Part shown: positions 12,640-26,085 of the stretch, piece after piece
How positions within the stretch are numbered: position 1 is the stretch's first letter
How the letters are laid out: every line of letters starts with the position of its first letter
The notes under the pieces: generated by a model
Databases searched by the model: none
Seen by the model: the letters and a program-made list of their open reading frames with translations, nothing else
What the model was told of the DNA's origin: nothing
Translations under genes and position numbers: made by a program
From: Octopus sinensis
Taxonomy: Eukaryota
NCBI RefSeq assembly: GCF_006345805.1
Contig: NW_021833121.1
Location: 35,252-99,251 of the forward strand
Length of the DNA stretch: 64,000 nt
Reading direction: 5' to 3'

Positions 12640-15300
12640 GGTATGATGAAGGGAGCCTCAGCTAGACTGCTTACAGGCAATGGGACACAGATACAAATTT
12701 TTCTGAGAGGGCAACAAAGACAGACTAAGTAGTATGGGTATTCTATTAGCAGAGAAATGAAGTATAAGGTCACTGAAGTAGTGTGATAGGATTATTAAGC
12801 TAAGAATAACCTTGGTTGATGTAATTGTGTTAGTGATCTCTGCACATGTTCCACATCAAACTCAGATACTCAGAAAGGCCACATCTGCAGACTACCTTGA
12901 CAATGAAAGATGATAACATTCACATCATTGCATGAGTCTTCAATTGACATGTTGGACAGCACTCCAATGAATTTCATGGTGAGCATGGAAGCTGTGGTTT
13001 TAGTTCCAGAACTGAGGAGGGGACAAGGTTACTGAAGTTTTGTGATGCTCATGGCTTACCAGTCTGCCACACCAAGTTCAGAAAACCTGCCAATCATATG
13101 ATCACTTATCTAAAGATCCAGAGATGCAAGCTAATATAGAAAAGGATGTTGTAGAATCTCAAGGATCTTCCAAAAGGATAGAGATTTAGAGATGTCCTTA
13201 ATGAAGCCTTTGATGAGAAGGGGGAAGAGATAGAGACATAAAATACAGACAACTGAAGTTCCTACGAGACAATCTATTAAGAGCAACAGACCAAATCTGT
13301 GGTTGGAGCAAAGCCTCTGCCAGGCCAAGGTGATGTGGTGGTGGACAGTGATGTTGACAGGGGCATAAAAGAGAAGAGATAGGTCTATAAAGAATGGGAT
13401 AAAAGGGCGGGAGTAGCAATTAATCATATTAGAAAGCTAAAAGGGAAGCTGGACATCAGGTTTATCTAGCTGTAGTAGATGCAGAAAAGAAGAGATTTGC
13501 CAATGTACTACAATGGGAAGATAAGAGATTTGAAGTGCTCCGAATTACCAAACAGAGTGTCAGTGAGAATCAAGATATTGTGCAAGTGTGTGCAGATGGA
13601 TAATGGTATGCTTACATTTAATGATGTGGACAAGAAAGAGGTGTGGAAAAGTTACTATGGAAAACTGTTGAATGTAGAGAATGAATGTGATAAAGGGAAT
13701 CTCCCTCAAGTGAAACCAACAGAGGGACCAGCTGTCCTAGTGGTCAGCAGTGTGGTAGACAAGGCAATTAAAAGCTAAGATGCTCAAAATATCTGGTAAG
13801 GTAGGATACCGGATAGTCACCTGCATAGTTAACTATGTCATTCAGGAAGATGTAAATTCTAGTGTTTGAGGTAGCAGCATTATTGTTAGCTGCTACAACA
13901 GTAAGGGGGATGCTTTAGACAGAAGTAATTAATTATCAAACTCCTGGACCAGGTGATGAAAATTAGAGAGTTATAGCTCAATTAATTAGAAGCATGATTA
14001 AGGTTAGATGAAATGAAGTTCAGTTTCATCTGACAGAGAAGCACTGCTGACACTATTTTCATAGTGAGGCAACTGTAAGAGAAGTATTTAACTAAGAATA
14101 AACCATTATACTTGGCATTTGTTGATCTAGAGAAAGCTTTTGATAAAGTATCCCACTGTGTGATATGGTGGGCTCTGAGGAGACTAGGGATAGACAAGTG
14201 GCTGGTGAAAGTTGTACAGACTATGTACAGAAACGCTGTCAATAAGGCGAGAGTTAACCATGAGTCCAGCAAAAAATTCATCAAGGCTCAGTCCTTAGTC
14301 TCCACCTTTTCATTATTGTCCTCAAGGCCATAACAGAGAAATTGAAGACCAACAGCCCTTGGGACTACTATATACTGATGATCTTACCCACAAAACAGAT
14401 TCCACATTAGAGCTAGAAGAGAAATTCCAGTTGTAGAAGCAAAATCTGGAATCTAAGAGCCTTAAGATTAACTTAATGAAGACTAAAGTCTCAGTAAGCA
14501 AGAAAACAGATGGGACCCTCCCTGCTTCAAGTAGGTGTCCCTGTTTGATTTCTGAGAAAAGTGTAGGTAAGAACTCTATATGGTGTACCTGGTATAAGCT
14601 ATGGACACACAAGAGTTGCAGTGGATCAATAGGAAGTTTATCAGAGAAGGTAATATTCATACATTGAAAATGCTATAGAGACTTAGGTTACACTATAGAG
14701 ACTTAGGAAATTAATTCTCTCAAAAGTCCTGGTGGCTCATTAGAGATAGTAGGACCAGGACCAAATTAGGAGTGGAGGAGGATGCATGGAGAATGTAATA
14801 TCTAGAATAAGAATAGGGTGGAGGAAATTCAGAGAGCTGTTTGTTAGCTATGAAAGGCTTTTCTCTTCAAGTGAAAGGAAGATTGTATGGCGCGTGTACA
14901 CAGACATTCTACGTGCTAGTGAGATGTAGGCCCTGAATGCAGAGGACATGCAAAGGTTAGAGAGGAATGAGGCTGGAATGCTCTGTTGGATGTGTAATAC
15001 AGCATACATATTTGACAGAGTGCTAGTGTACTGAGACAGAAGTTAAGCATAAGAGGAATTAGATGCTCTGTGCAAGGAAGAAGACTGCATTGGTTTGGTC
15101 ATGTGATGAAGAATGATGCTGACACTCCATAAAGAAGTGCCAGTCTCCCTAAGTAGACAGAACACATCAGAATGGGACAGCCAGGAAGACATGGGTACTA
15201 AAGACAACCTCAGAATGCTAAACCTTTCAGGTAAGATGACAAAGGACTGAAATGCTTGGTGCCTTGGTGTACGGAAGAAGACCCATGCTCCACAGTAGAA
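12640..15300 (+). mobile_element. RTE-type LINE, degenerate, endonuclease to C-terminus
   Basis: ORF fragments 13479-13778, 14112-14333 (AFVDLEKAFDKV) and 14476-14667 (PHD-like insert remnant). Confidence 0.85.
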
Positions 15301-15619
15301 TTGTTAATACTGGTCCCTAGAAAGGACATCCAGCCATAGTAACCATGCTAAATTAGACTAGAGCCTGGTGCAACTCTCCAGCTTGCCAGCTCTGGTCAAA
15401 CTGTCCAACCCATGCCAGCATGAGTCTTCTTAAAGTGAACTTAGTAGAGACTCAGTATCTGAACTGAGAGCTGTAAGTCAGATACAGGAATGAAGGCTAC
15501 AAAGACAAGGAAATCCCCTGGTTAATCAGGAATTACCACAATCATCTTCATCATTATCACCATTCAATGTCCATTTACCAAACTGGAATGAGTCAGATGT
15601 GTCTTTTACATGGCACTCA

Positions 15620-16990
15620 GTTTGGTTAATCAGGTTGTCCACAAAAGTATCATGCCCAACAACTGCTACAAATGTAAAGGAAAGGGCTTAGACAGAAGTA
15701 ATTAGAGGCATGATATTCCTGGAGCAGGTCATGAAAGTTACAGAAAACTGTCATAATTCAACTAATTCAGAATATAGTTAACAAAGATGAGATACAATTC
15801 GTTTTTGTCCCAGGGCAACTACTGCTGATGCTATCTTCTAAGTAAAGTAACTGCAGAAATATTTAGTCAAATATAAATCACTGTACTTAGGATATGTTGA
15901 CATGGAAAGAACGTTTGACAGGGCCTGTCGTGCTCTCACTGGGTGGTCAGTATGGAAGTCAGCAACGAATATAGCAATGAATTTAGTGGGTAGGTAGGGG
16001 TTCACTAGGGGTTGATTCTCAGTCCCCACTTTTTCATCATAGTCCTTCAAGCAATAACAGAGGAGTTTAAGACTGGTTGCATGTGGGAAGCTCCTGTATC
16101 CTGATGACCTTGTTTTTATGGCTGGATTTACAGTAGCATTAAAAAAGGAATATCAGGTGTGGAAGCAATGCTTGGAATCATAAGGCCTTAAAGTTAACTA
16201 AGCATGTCCCAAAGACTTGGTATGCAAGAAAGCAAATACGTTAATAATCTCTTCAGAGAAATAGCCTTGTTTGATATGTAGAAAAAGTGTAGATAGAAAT
16301 TCCATACATTGTAGCCATTACAAGCTATAGACATAAAAGGTGTAGTCAAATCACAGAAAAGTTACAAGAGAGAGTACTCATTGGCAGATGTGCAGATACA
16401 ATAAATACTAGGAACACACAGGAAATAGATTTCCTCAAATGCTCAGGAGTACTCTTAGAGGTAGTAGATAATTTTTGTTACCTAGGTGACCTAATTAGTA
16501 GTGAAAGAGGATACCCTGAAAGCATAGTAGCTAGAATAATAACTGAGGAAAGTTCAGAAGGCTATTCTCTTGATTGTTAACAAGGGCCTCTTCCTCAGAG
16601 TGAAAGACAGATTGCACAAATGGCCATACAGCACAGTAGTGAAAAAAGGGCTGTGAATACAGAGGACATGTGAAGGTTCGAAGGAATGAAGCAAGCATGC
16701 ACTGATGGATGTGCAATGTTGGTGTAAATAAACAACAAAGCAGAAATGTGATGAGAGAAAAATTCAGTATAAGAGGTATCAGGTGTAGTGTGCAAGAGAG
16801 GAGACTGCTCTGGCATGGCTACACAAATGCATATGTGTAAGGACAGCAGCATAAAGAAGTGCCAATTGCTACATGTGGATAGAACATGTGAAAGAGGAAG
16901 GCCTAGGAAGAGGTGGAACAAACTGGTAAAAAGTGACTTTCAGAAGTTGAGCCTCACAGAAGAGATGGCTGGCTATTTGCCATCTTCCTA
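15620..16990 (+). mobile_element. RTE-type LINE RT and C-terminal remnant
   Basis: RT motif remnants (gttgacatggaaaga; ctcctgtatcctgatgacc) and C-terminal RGRPRKRWNKLVK (16788-16991). Confidence 0.8.
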
Positions 16991-17479
16991 ACACCCACTC
17001 CCTTCACCCATATTCAGCTCTCACTGCATTCTCTTCCTCTTTATCTCCCACTTACCTTTTGCACTCTCATGAACTTATATGCACACAATCTATCCCTGAT
17101 GAATACCTCTCTTCTCCACAACACATCTTAACACTCACTCCCTCCACCTGTATTCACTCTTATTTTGCACTCTCATGAACTTAACTGCTTACTCATCCTC
17201 TCCAGTCTAATTACTACCTACTTATAACCTGATGGTACTCCAACACATCTTCACCACTTTGCTTCTCTCTTTCCTATTTCACCCGGAGTAGCCATGTATC
17301 TCCTCTACAGCAAGACACTTATTTCTGTCCCTCTCTTCATACTCTAACCTTTCATCATCTGGCGCAAAGCCACCTCCCTCAATACTACTCCCCACTCATT
17401 TAAGGAATTATGTAGTTGTGATACCCATGCTGGTGGCATATTGGGCCTCACAGAGCAAATTACAAAAACCGAGACCTCT

Positions 17480-17946
17480 GAGATATGCTGTGACTGTGCA
17501 CAGGACGACCTGCTGTGCTAACCTTGGATCGTATAGTGACCCACTGTTCTTGAGGAGACCTATTGCATCAAGTACATCAACACCAGCATCAAAATAAAAA
17601 CCAAATGGAAATTGTAGTTAAGATACCCGTGCCGGTGGCACGTAAAAAGCACTATCCGAACTTGGCTGATGCCAGTGCCACCTGACTGGCTTTTGTGTCG
17701 GTGACACGTAAAAAGCACCAACTGATCGTGGCTGTTTGCCAGCCTCCCCTGGCCCCTGTGCTAGTGGCACATAAAAAGCACCCACTACACTCATAGAGTG
17801 GTTGGCGTTAGGAAGGGCATCCAGCTCTAGAAACACTGCCAGATCAGAATGGAGCCTGGCTTCCCAGACCCCAGTCGAACCGTCCAACCCATGCTAGCAG
17901 GGAAATTTTACGTTAAACGATGATGATGATGATGATGATGATGATG
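17480..17946 (+). mobile_element. RTE LINE 3' UTR fragment with (GAT)n tail
   Basis: gaggagacctattg, repeated gtggcacgtaaaaagcac units, ccaacccatgctagc, then (gat)n. Confidence 0.85.
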
Positions 17947-17973
17947 AATAAACAGAAAAAAATAATTACTTAC

Positions 17974-18276
17974 CAAATACTGTAATATTGAACATGCTTG
18001 TATGGAAACCAGAACTGCAAATAATGCTCATGTTGTCTTCATCTAAACTAATGCTGGTTATACTCAATGTGCAGATTTTCTCTTGGCAACTAGTTTCTTG
18101 ACGGCTACCAAAATATGTATAATTTTGGTTTACTGTTCCAGTGTATTTAGCAATAAGTGTTCCATTTCCAGTAAACCAAAATCTTCTACCACCCTCAATA
18201 TTGCATTTCAATGTGAATTTTTTATCCTTTATGGCATTTGGTGTTTCAAAACTTGGGTAAAGATTCCCATTGTCAT
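17974..18276 (-). CDS. Internal exon of a host immunoglobulin-superfamily gene (one Ig domain, 101 codons)
   Basis: Acceptor tttgtcttttag|AT (exon starts 18276) and donor G|gtaagt (exon ends 17974); 303 nt, phase 1-1, open frame. Reads DNGNLYPSFETPNAIKDKKFTLKC-NIEGGRRFW-...-TLSITSISLDEDNMSIIC-SSGFHTSMFNITVF, with Ig B-strand Cys, C-strand Trp and F-strand D-x-x-x-x-I-x-C. Confidence 0.8.
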
Positions 18277-18574
18277 CTAAAAGACAAATTATTACAAAAT
18301 AAATCAAACATTATTCACCAAATGACAGAACATTTTTAATATAATAAAACAAGGCTATTTGACTGTAGTCCATGTGTAAAAAGAAAAACAAAGAAAAAAA
18401 CAATAATATGGTACAAATATAACATGTAAAGAAAAGATTTCTTTTATTCTGCAGAATACAAAACAAAATCAGCTAAAACACATTGGAAGATATTTTATGG
18501 TGTAACAGGTTAAAAAGAAAGGTTGTAAACAAGTATCACAGTAAAATAGCAAGTGACAACACAATCCTCCTCAT

Positions 18575-18905
18575 CATCATCGTACTCCTCCACCTCATTG
18601 TTTAACGTCTGTTTTCCATGCTGGCATCAGTTGGACAGTTTGACTGAGGACGCGCAAGCCAGTAGGCTGCGCCAGGCACCAATCTGATCTAGCAAGGTTT
18701 CTTCATCTGGATGCCCTTCCTAATGCTAAACACTCCAAGAGTGTAGTGGATGCTTTTTATGTGCCACCAGCATGGGAGTCAGTCAGATAGCACTGGCATC
18801 GATCGTGATTTGGATGGTGCTTGTTACGTACCACTGGCATGGGAGCCAGTTGGGGGCACTGGCTTCAAGCATGTTTGGATGGTGCTTTTTACATACCATC
18901 GGCAC
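18575..18905 (-). mobile_element. RTE LINE 3'-end fragment
   Basis: catcatcatc...tttaacgtctgttttccatgctggcatc...ggatgcccttcctaatgc plus the 3' UTR repeat units. Confidence 0.8.
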
Positions 18906-19146
18906 ATAGAGCTTTAGTAGTGTATTAATAAAAAGAAAATATCCCTCACAAGAACATAATGTTCCTTTCCAGTAGAATAATATTGACTAGTTACATAATT
19001 AATAATCAGCCTGTCAGATCTTACATGTGTTTTTGCAGGTATGCTAAAGAACAATAATAAACCTGAAGTGAAGAATAAGTATATAGTGTATGAGTTTATT
19101 TGCAAAAAAAAAAAGGAAATAAAGACCATCCTGAAATATAACAATA

Positions 19147-19543
19147 GGTGCAGGAGTGGCTGTGTGGTAAGTAGCTTGCTTATCAACCACATAGTCCTGG
19201 GTTCAGTCCCACAGTGTGGCACCTTGGTCAAGTGTCTTTTACTATAGCCTCGGGCCAACCAAAGACTTGTGAGTGAAAACTGGAAGAAGCCCGTCATATA
19301 TGTATATATATATAGGTGTGTGTGTGTGTGTAAGTTTGTGTGTCTGTGTTTGTCTCCCAACATCGCTTCACAACTGCTGCTGGTGTGTTTACATCCCTGT
19401 AAATTAGCAGTTCAGCAAAAGAGACTGATATAATAAGTACTAGGCTTTCAAAGAATGAGCTCTAGGGTTGATTTGCTCAACTAAAGACGGTGCTCCAGCA
19501 TGGCCATTGTCAAATCACTAAAACAAGTAAAAGAGTAAAAGAG
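19147..19543 (+). mobile_element. tRNA-derived SINE
   Basis: Head ggtgcaggagtggctgtgtggtaag (A-box-like) and gggttcagtccc (B-box-like); body nearly collinear with 54955-55362; tail gtaaaagagtaaaagag. Confidence 0.85.
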
Positions 19544-19735
19544 ATATCTATCTATCTACCAACCGAAATTGCAAAGATAATCTGGAACTTGACTGAGGAA
19601 AGAAAACTCCAAATGAACCGTCCTTGTTTTCTTTGTATTGTCTATCTGGATGTTTTGTTGTCCCTTTTTTGTATCACCTAACTGTCTGGATGTTTTGTGT
19701 TCTTGTCCCATTATGTATTTATATATATATATATA

Positions 19736-20062
19736 CAGTATTTTGGGGCATATAAGACACACCCCAATTTTAGTAGGCCTAATCTACAAGAAAGAAATTA
19801 CAGCTAACAGAAACTAAATATCTCATACATTCATATATAGGAATCACAGAAAATTTGGACTGACATCTTTTGGTAGGTTAAGTTACGGTAATTATGTTAA
19901 CACTGCCAAATATCACCACTGACCTCCACTGTTGCCATTATTGTTCATCATTAATAATACTAATCAAGTCTACCCAAAGCCTGACATTCAGCATAGAAGG
20001 ACAGGGTAATTTCTGAGGGAATTTTTAGGCAAAATGTGTGCTTTATATGCCGGAAAATATGG
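19736..20062. mobile_element. MITE of Tc1/mariner-pogo type
   Basis: TA|CAGTATTTTGGGGCATATAAGACAC at the left end; GTGCTTTATATGCCGGAAAATATGG|TA at the right end; imperfect TIRs with TA flanks. Confidence 0.7.
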
Positions 20063-20739
20063 TATATATAAATACACACACATACCTATCAATGACAAAC
20101 TTATACACATAATTTGCTTATATCTTTTAAGACTAGAAACATTTTGAAAATATAATAACATTATGCAGTCAAATGTGGGACAAGTCCAGTTGTCAACAGA
20201 GTCTATCATAAATATTGCCCCACCACCTTCCTTCGACTGGGACGGTGGCTATGATGAAAGAGTGTGTATGGTGGACTTGTTTGAAAGGTTTGGAGACAAA
20301 TACTTTTCTCTCTGGCCAAACTGTCATCAACTTTTTTTCAGTATTACTTGAAAAGGAAGATGAGAGTAGACAGGGAACTTTTGACTAATGAGAAGTTTAA
20401 TAAAAGGTGGGTGAATGTAGCAAGGATGGTACACATGAATGATGGACCCACTTTGAGCATGAACCTCTAAAACTAAAAAGGAAAGGGTGTTTTGCTCTCA
20501 TGTTTATTTTTCTGAGGTTACAGTGTTCTTTTCATAGGCTTTTCTTTCCATGGATAACCCTAGTCAGTGTTATATTTTTTACCTCTTTTGCAAATTTCTA
20601 CTGCTAAATCGTTACCTTGTCTTCTCTCTCTGTGTATGTCTCAAAAAATTTTCAATCCCTATTGATCGATTTTGAAAAGAAAAATTCTACATTGTATTGT
20701 CCCCCTTGTGTTTAGCCTTGTATAGCCTAATAAAGAAAT

Positions 20740-21060
20740 CTATCTTTTCTTTCAATCATTAGATTATGGCCATGCTGGGGCACAACATTGAAGAATTTCA
20801 GTTGAATGAATTGATCTCAGTATCTATTGCTTTTAAGTCTGGTACTTACTCTATTAGTCACTTTGCTGAACCGCTAAGTTATAGGGTCATACACGCACCA
20901 ACATTAGTTTTCAAGTGGAAGTGATGAACAAACACATACATACATACATATATATGTGATGGGTTTCTTTCAATTTCTGTCAACCAGATCCACTCACAAG
21001 GCTTTGGTTGATGAGACAATACTAGAAGGTGCCACACAGTGGGACTGAACCTGGAACCAT
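20740..21060 (-). mobile_element. Degenerate tRNA-derived SINE
   Basis: Reverse complement of the SINE body (gccacacagtgggactgaacc; cactcacaaggctttggt; ccatgctggggcac). Confidence 0.7.
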
Positions 21061-21217
21061 ACAAAATCAGACTGGAGTCTGGTGCAGTGCCTCAGTTTAC
21101 CAGCCCTTGTCAAACTGTCCAACCCATGCCAGCATGGACAGCAAATGTTAAATGATGATGATGATGATGATGATATATATATATATATATATGGTGTGTT
21201 TATATATATTTAGAGAC

Positions 21218-24200
21218 ACCATCATCATCATCATCATTTAACGTCCGCTTTCCATGCTAGCATGGGTTGGACGATTTGACTGAGGTCTGGTGAACCAGAC
21301 TCCAATCTGATCTGGCAGAGTTTCTACAGCTGGATGCCCTTCCTAATGCCAACCACTCCCAGAGTGTAGTGGGTGCTTTTACGTGTCACTGGCACGAAGG
21401 CCAGTTTGGTGCTACTGGCAACGACCACACCCAAATGGTGCTTTTTACATGCCACCTGCACAGGCGCCAGTCCAGGGCACTGGCGACGACCTCACTCGAA
21501 TATTTCACATGCAACCAGCACAAGTGCTAGTAAGGCGACGCGGTAATGATCACACTTGAATGGTTGCTTAACGTGCCATCGGCACGAAGGCCAGCTTGTT
21601 GCTCTGGCAACGATCTCACTTGTATGGTACTCTTAGTGCTTCACTAGCAACAGATGCCAGTCACCGAATTTGATTTCGACTTCGATTTCACTTGCCTCAA
21701 CTGGTCCTCACAAGCAGAGTTTAGTGTCCAATGAAGAAAAGGCACGTACAAGTGGACTGGTTACACCCCTAGCATAGGCCACAAGGTTATGGTCACACTT
21801 GCACTTGCCGAGTCTTCTGCAGCACAGCATATTACCAGAGGTCCTGGTCAATGTTTGAAGGTCATGCTTCACCACCACATCCCAGGTCTTCCTGAGTCTA
21901 CCTCTTCAAAAGGTTCCCTCAACTGCTAGGGTGTGGCACTTTTTCACACAGCTGTCGACATCCATTCTCGCAGTCATTTCTCTTGCACACCACACCTGAT
22001 ACTTCTTAGGTCCAACCTTTCTCTCAGGGCACTAACACTCTGTCAAGTATGCACACTGACATTACAGATCCATCGAAGTATGCTGGCTTCATTCCTTGTG
22101 AGCATACGCATATCCTCAGCAGTTACAGCCCATGTTTCACTGCCATGTAGCATGGCTATTCGTACACATGTGTCGTACAGTCTACCTTTTACTCTAAGCG
22201 AGAGGCCGTTTGTCACCAGCAGAGGTAAGAGCTCTCTGAACTTAGCCTAGGCTATTCTTATTCTGGCAGCTACACTTTCAGTGCACCCTCCCCTACTCCT
22301 GACTTGGTCACCTAGGTAACAGAAGCTATCAACTACTTCTAGTTTTTCTCCCTAGAATGTGGCGGAAGTTGTTCTCTAGACATTTTCAGTTTTATTTATA
22401 GTGCCCAAGCATCTGCCACATACGAAAGCTATCCTCCCAGTTAGCCTTCCTTTGATATTGCTGCACCTCTTATGTGTCCATAGGTTACACTGGGTACCTC
22501 TTATAGAGTTTCTACCTACGTCTTTTCTACAGATCGAACAGGGCCAACTACCTGAAGGATTTGTGGTTTGCCTGCCTTCCTACTTAATAGGACTTTGGTT
22601 TTAGCTAGGTTGACTCTAAGGCCCTTCGATTCTCATCCTTGTTTCCACACTTGAAACATCTCTAGTTCTGATAGTGACTCAGCAATTAGAGCAAGGTCAT
22701 CAGCATAGAGGAGCTCCCAGGGGCATCCTGTCTTGAATTCCTCCGTCATTAGGAGGGGGCTGAGGACACTCAACCTTGGTGGACCCCTACCTCTATCTGG
22801 AATTCTTCACTGTACTCGTTGCCTTACAGACAGCGTCCCTTTACATGGCTGGCACAGCTCTCATTAACCGTTCATCTATCCCTAGTTTCCTCATTGACCA
22901 CCAGATAAGGGATCGGGGGACCCTGTCGAGGGCTTTCTCCATGTCAATGAAGCCCAGGTACCGGGGCTTGTCTTTGGCTAGGTATTTCTCCTGCAGCTGT
23001 CTAACCAGAAATATAGCATCAGTGGTGCTTTTCCCTGGCACGAAAGCAAACTATATCTCATCCAAACAGATTCTTTCGCTAATTAGTTGGGCTATGACCC
23101 TCTCCGTAACCTTCATTACCTGATCCAATAGCTTGATACCTCTGTAATTATTTGTATCTCAAGCGTCACCTTTTCCTTTGTAGCAGTTGACTATTATGCT
23201 GCTACACCAGTCGTTGGGGATGACTCCTTCGTGTATCACCTGGTTAACTATACAGGTGACCAGGCTAATGCCGACACTGCCAGATATTTTGAGCATCTCT
23301 GCAGTAATTCCTGATGGGCCGGGGGCTTTCCCTGTTTTCATACTCTTAATTGCTTTAACTACCAAGGTACTGTCAACTCGGATAGATGGTCCCTCTGTTG
23401 AGGCCGACAATCGGCAGTCTCTCTTTCTCCCATTCATTTTCTTTATTCAGTAACCTTTCATTGTGGCATCTCCAAACCTCTCTCTTTGCAGCCTCAATTA
23501 GTGCAAGAGAACCATCATCCATGTGGACACATTTCTCTCCTACAACATCACGATTCTCTCTCACACAGTCTTGCAACATGAAATACCTCAAGTCTTTGGT
23601 TCTCATGGTGCAGAACATTGGTAAATTTTTTCTTATCTGCTTCCCCTCTGGCTAAATAAACCTGTCTCCTAGCTTCTCTTTTGGCAGTCTGATACGATTC
23701 CCTGCTACCACCATTCTTCCAGTCCTTCCAAGCCTGTCTCTTTTCTCTAATAGCCCTGTCTACAACCTTATTCCACCACCACGTTATTTTGGGTCGAGAG
23801 GGGACTTTGCACCATCCACAGATCTGGTCAGTGGCTCTCAGCAGGTTGTCCCTTAGAAACCTCCAGTTGTCTTCTACCCCATGTGAAGCTATATCCCCTT
23901 CTACTTTGTCAAAGGCTTCAATTAATATGTCCCTAAATCTGTCTATTGGCAGGATCTTTAAGCTTCCAGACCCTTCTTCTCCATGTTGTTCGTCTTCTGG
24001 TCGTCCTCTTAGTCCTGATCCTAAAGTCACTAACTACCAGTCTATGTTGTGGGGTACATTCTTCACCTAGGAAGGTTTTGGCATTTATAAGCAGCCATCT
24101 TTCCCTTTTCCTGGCAAGGATGGAGTCAATTTGGCTAGTATGTCGGCCCGATCGGTAGGTAATTAGGTGGCTGGTAGCTTTCCTGAAGTTAGTTTTGCAA

Positions 24201-24480
24201 ACCATAAGATCATTTGCATCGCAGAACTCCAGCAGCCTGGTTCCCTCTTCATTGCGGGAGACATAACCGTAGCCTCCATGTACACCATGGAAGCCCCCAG
24301 CATGTTGTCCAACATGCCCAATGGAGTCACCAGCCACAAAGAGAAGGTCTCTGTTGTTCATCAACGAGGTAGTCTGCAGCAGGGTGTCATAGAATCAGTC
24401 TTTCTGTCCATGGGGTAGTCTCGGATGAGGGGCATAGGCCGATATAATGGTTGCTAATCCATGATGAAGCGCTAATCTAA
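21218..24480 (-). mobile_element. RTE-type LINE, relatively young, missing only the 5' part of the endonuclease
   Basis: ORF pieces 23933-24364 (endonuclease, YRSGRHTSQIDSIL), 23548-24030 (KITWWWN), 23159-23437 and 22841-23041 (GKSTTDAIFLVRQLQEKYLAK); complete 3' UTR and tail at 21218. Confidence 0.92.
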
Positions 24481-24534
24481 TCCCATATATATATATATAT
24501 ATTATATATATATATATATATCATATATATATAT

Positions 24535-24960
24535 AACATCATTATTTAACATCCGTTGTCCATGCTGGCATGGGTTGGACAGTTTGACTGGGCTGGCACT
24601 GGAAGGCTGCACAAGACTCCAGTCTTATTTGGCATGTTTTCTATGACTGGATGCCCTTCCTAATGCCAACCACTCCAAGAGAGTAATGGGTGCTTCTACA
24701 TGCCACTGACATGGGTACCAGTTTGCATGACACAGGTATGTGCCACGACTGTGATCATGTTTGGCTTGATGGGTCTTCTTCTCAAGCACAGCATAATGCC
24801 AATGGTCTTGGGTATCGTCTCTGTGAGGCACAACAAATGAATGGAACTCAACCAAATTGCCTCCGTCAGGCCCAATACTTGAAAGGAACTCAGCCACTTT
24901 GCCACCATGAGGCCCAATGTTCAAAAGATGTTCTTTACATGCCACCAACATTGTAGCTCC
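24535..24960 (-). mobile_element. RTE LINE 3'-end fragment
   Basis: ttaacatccgttgtccatgctggcatgggttggac...ggatgcccttcctaatgccaacc. Confidence 0.75.
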
Positions 24961-24964
24961 TCTT

Positions 24965-25850
24965 CCCTCTCACCAGATTTCTCAATTAGGGTGTCTCTAA
25001 ATCTCTGACGAGTGAAAGGTCCTTAAGCTTCCAAATCTTTCTTTTCCATATTGGTCTGCTTCTTGGCTTCCTTATGGCCTGGAGTTTGGTGGGGGGTACA
25101 TTCTTCACCATGGAGGGTTTTAGTATTTAAGAAGAACCATGCATCACACCGTCTAGTGAGAATGAAATTGATCTGGCTGGCTTCCTGAAGTTGGTGTTGC
25201 AGATCAAAAGTTTATTTGCATCAAAGAACTCCAGTAGCCTTGTCCCCTCTTTGTTTCGGAAACCAATTCCATGGCTTCCATGAACACCATGGAAGATACC
25301 AGGCTGCCGTCTGACATGCCCATTGAAATTCCCAGCCACAAAGACAAAATCGTTGTCTCTCATCTTTGAGGTAGCCTGCAGAAGAATATCATAAAAGTGG
25401 TCCTTTTGTTCATTTAGTAGGCCCGCTTGTGGGGGCGTAGGCAGATATAATTGTAGCTATACTATTCTGCAAAACTAACCTGAGCTTAAGTACTCACACT
25501 CTGACTACCTCTATGACCTAATCCACCGATTTCTCTGCAAGAAGTATTTCTATACCACCTACTCTGTCACTGTTACCTTCCCAGAAGATTTTGTACCTGC
25601 GTGTCTTACCTGTGAAGAATCTGGCAGAAGCCCCCTTCCACCTTACCACTTGGATGTAACATACATCAACACGCCTCCATTCAAGCATTTCTATAATCTT
25701 GTTAGACCTACATTTCAATGTGCTTACATTTAGAGTGCCAACTCTGAAAACCAGGAAAGGGATGTGGGAGGGAACATGGGAAGGAGTGATGTTATTCAGC
25801 ACCTGAAAAGAAGGTTTCCATGATAGTTTGATGACAGACATGTCAAAACA
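24965..25850 (-). mobile_element. RTE-type LINE 5' end and AP-endonuclease fragment
   Basis: ORFs 25518-25841 (VGTLNVSTLKCRS; DVCYIQVVRWKG) and 25127-25363 (GNFNGHVR; NKEGTRLLEF). Confidence 0.85.
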
Positions 25851-26054
25851 GTTGGTCTCGCTTTTAACCTATCATCATTCAAACATGTTAAAATTTTTGC
25901 CTCTACTGGGGGTGAGAGTAAACTAAGCATTGTAATATAAGTGTTACTGCAGTTGCAAATATAGATATAAATAGGCCAATGTTAAATTAAATCAGTAAGT
26001 AATGGGCTGCTATTTGGCTGGGTTAGTCCAGTATATATATATATATATATATAT

Positions 26055-26085
<31 letters not shown>

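Noticed and set aside
19025-19062. 38-nt minus-strand exon candidate encoding GLLLFFSIPAKTH (signal-peptide-like)
   Set aside because: It ends in phase 0 while the Ig exon needs phase 1, so it cannot be joined directly.
19591-19622. Hammerhead-like ctgagga...gtc motif
   Set aside because: There is no intact GAAA and stem I does not close; at best a badly decayed terminal-repeat relic.
20163-20480. ORF 20163-20351 as a host exon
   Set aside because: No clear splice sites, and downstream sequence (WVNVARM) hints at a decayed LINE C-terminus.
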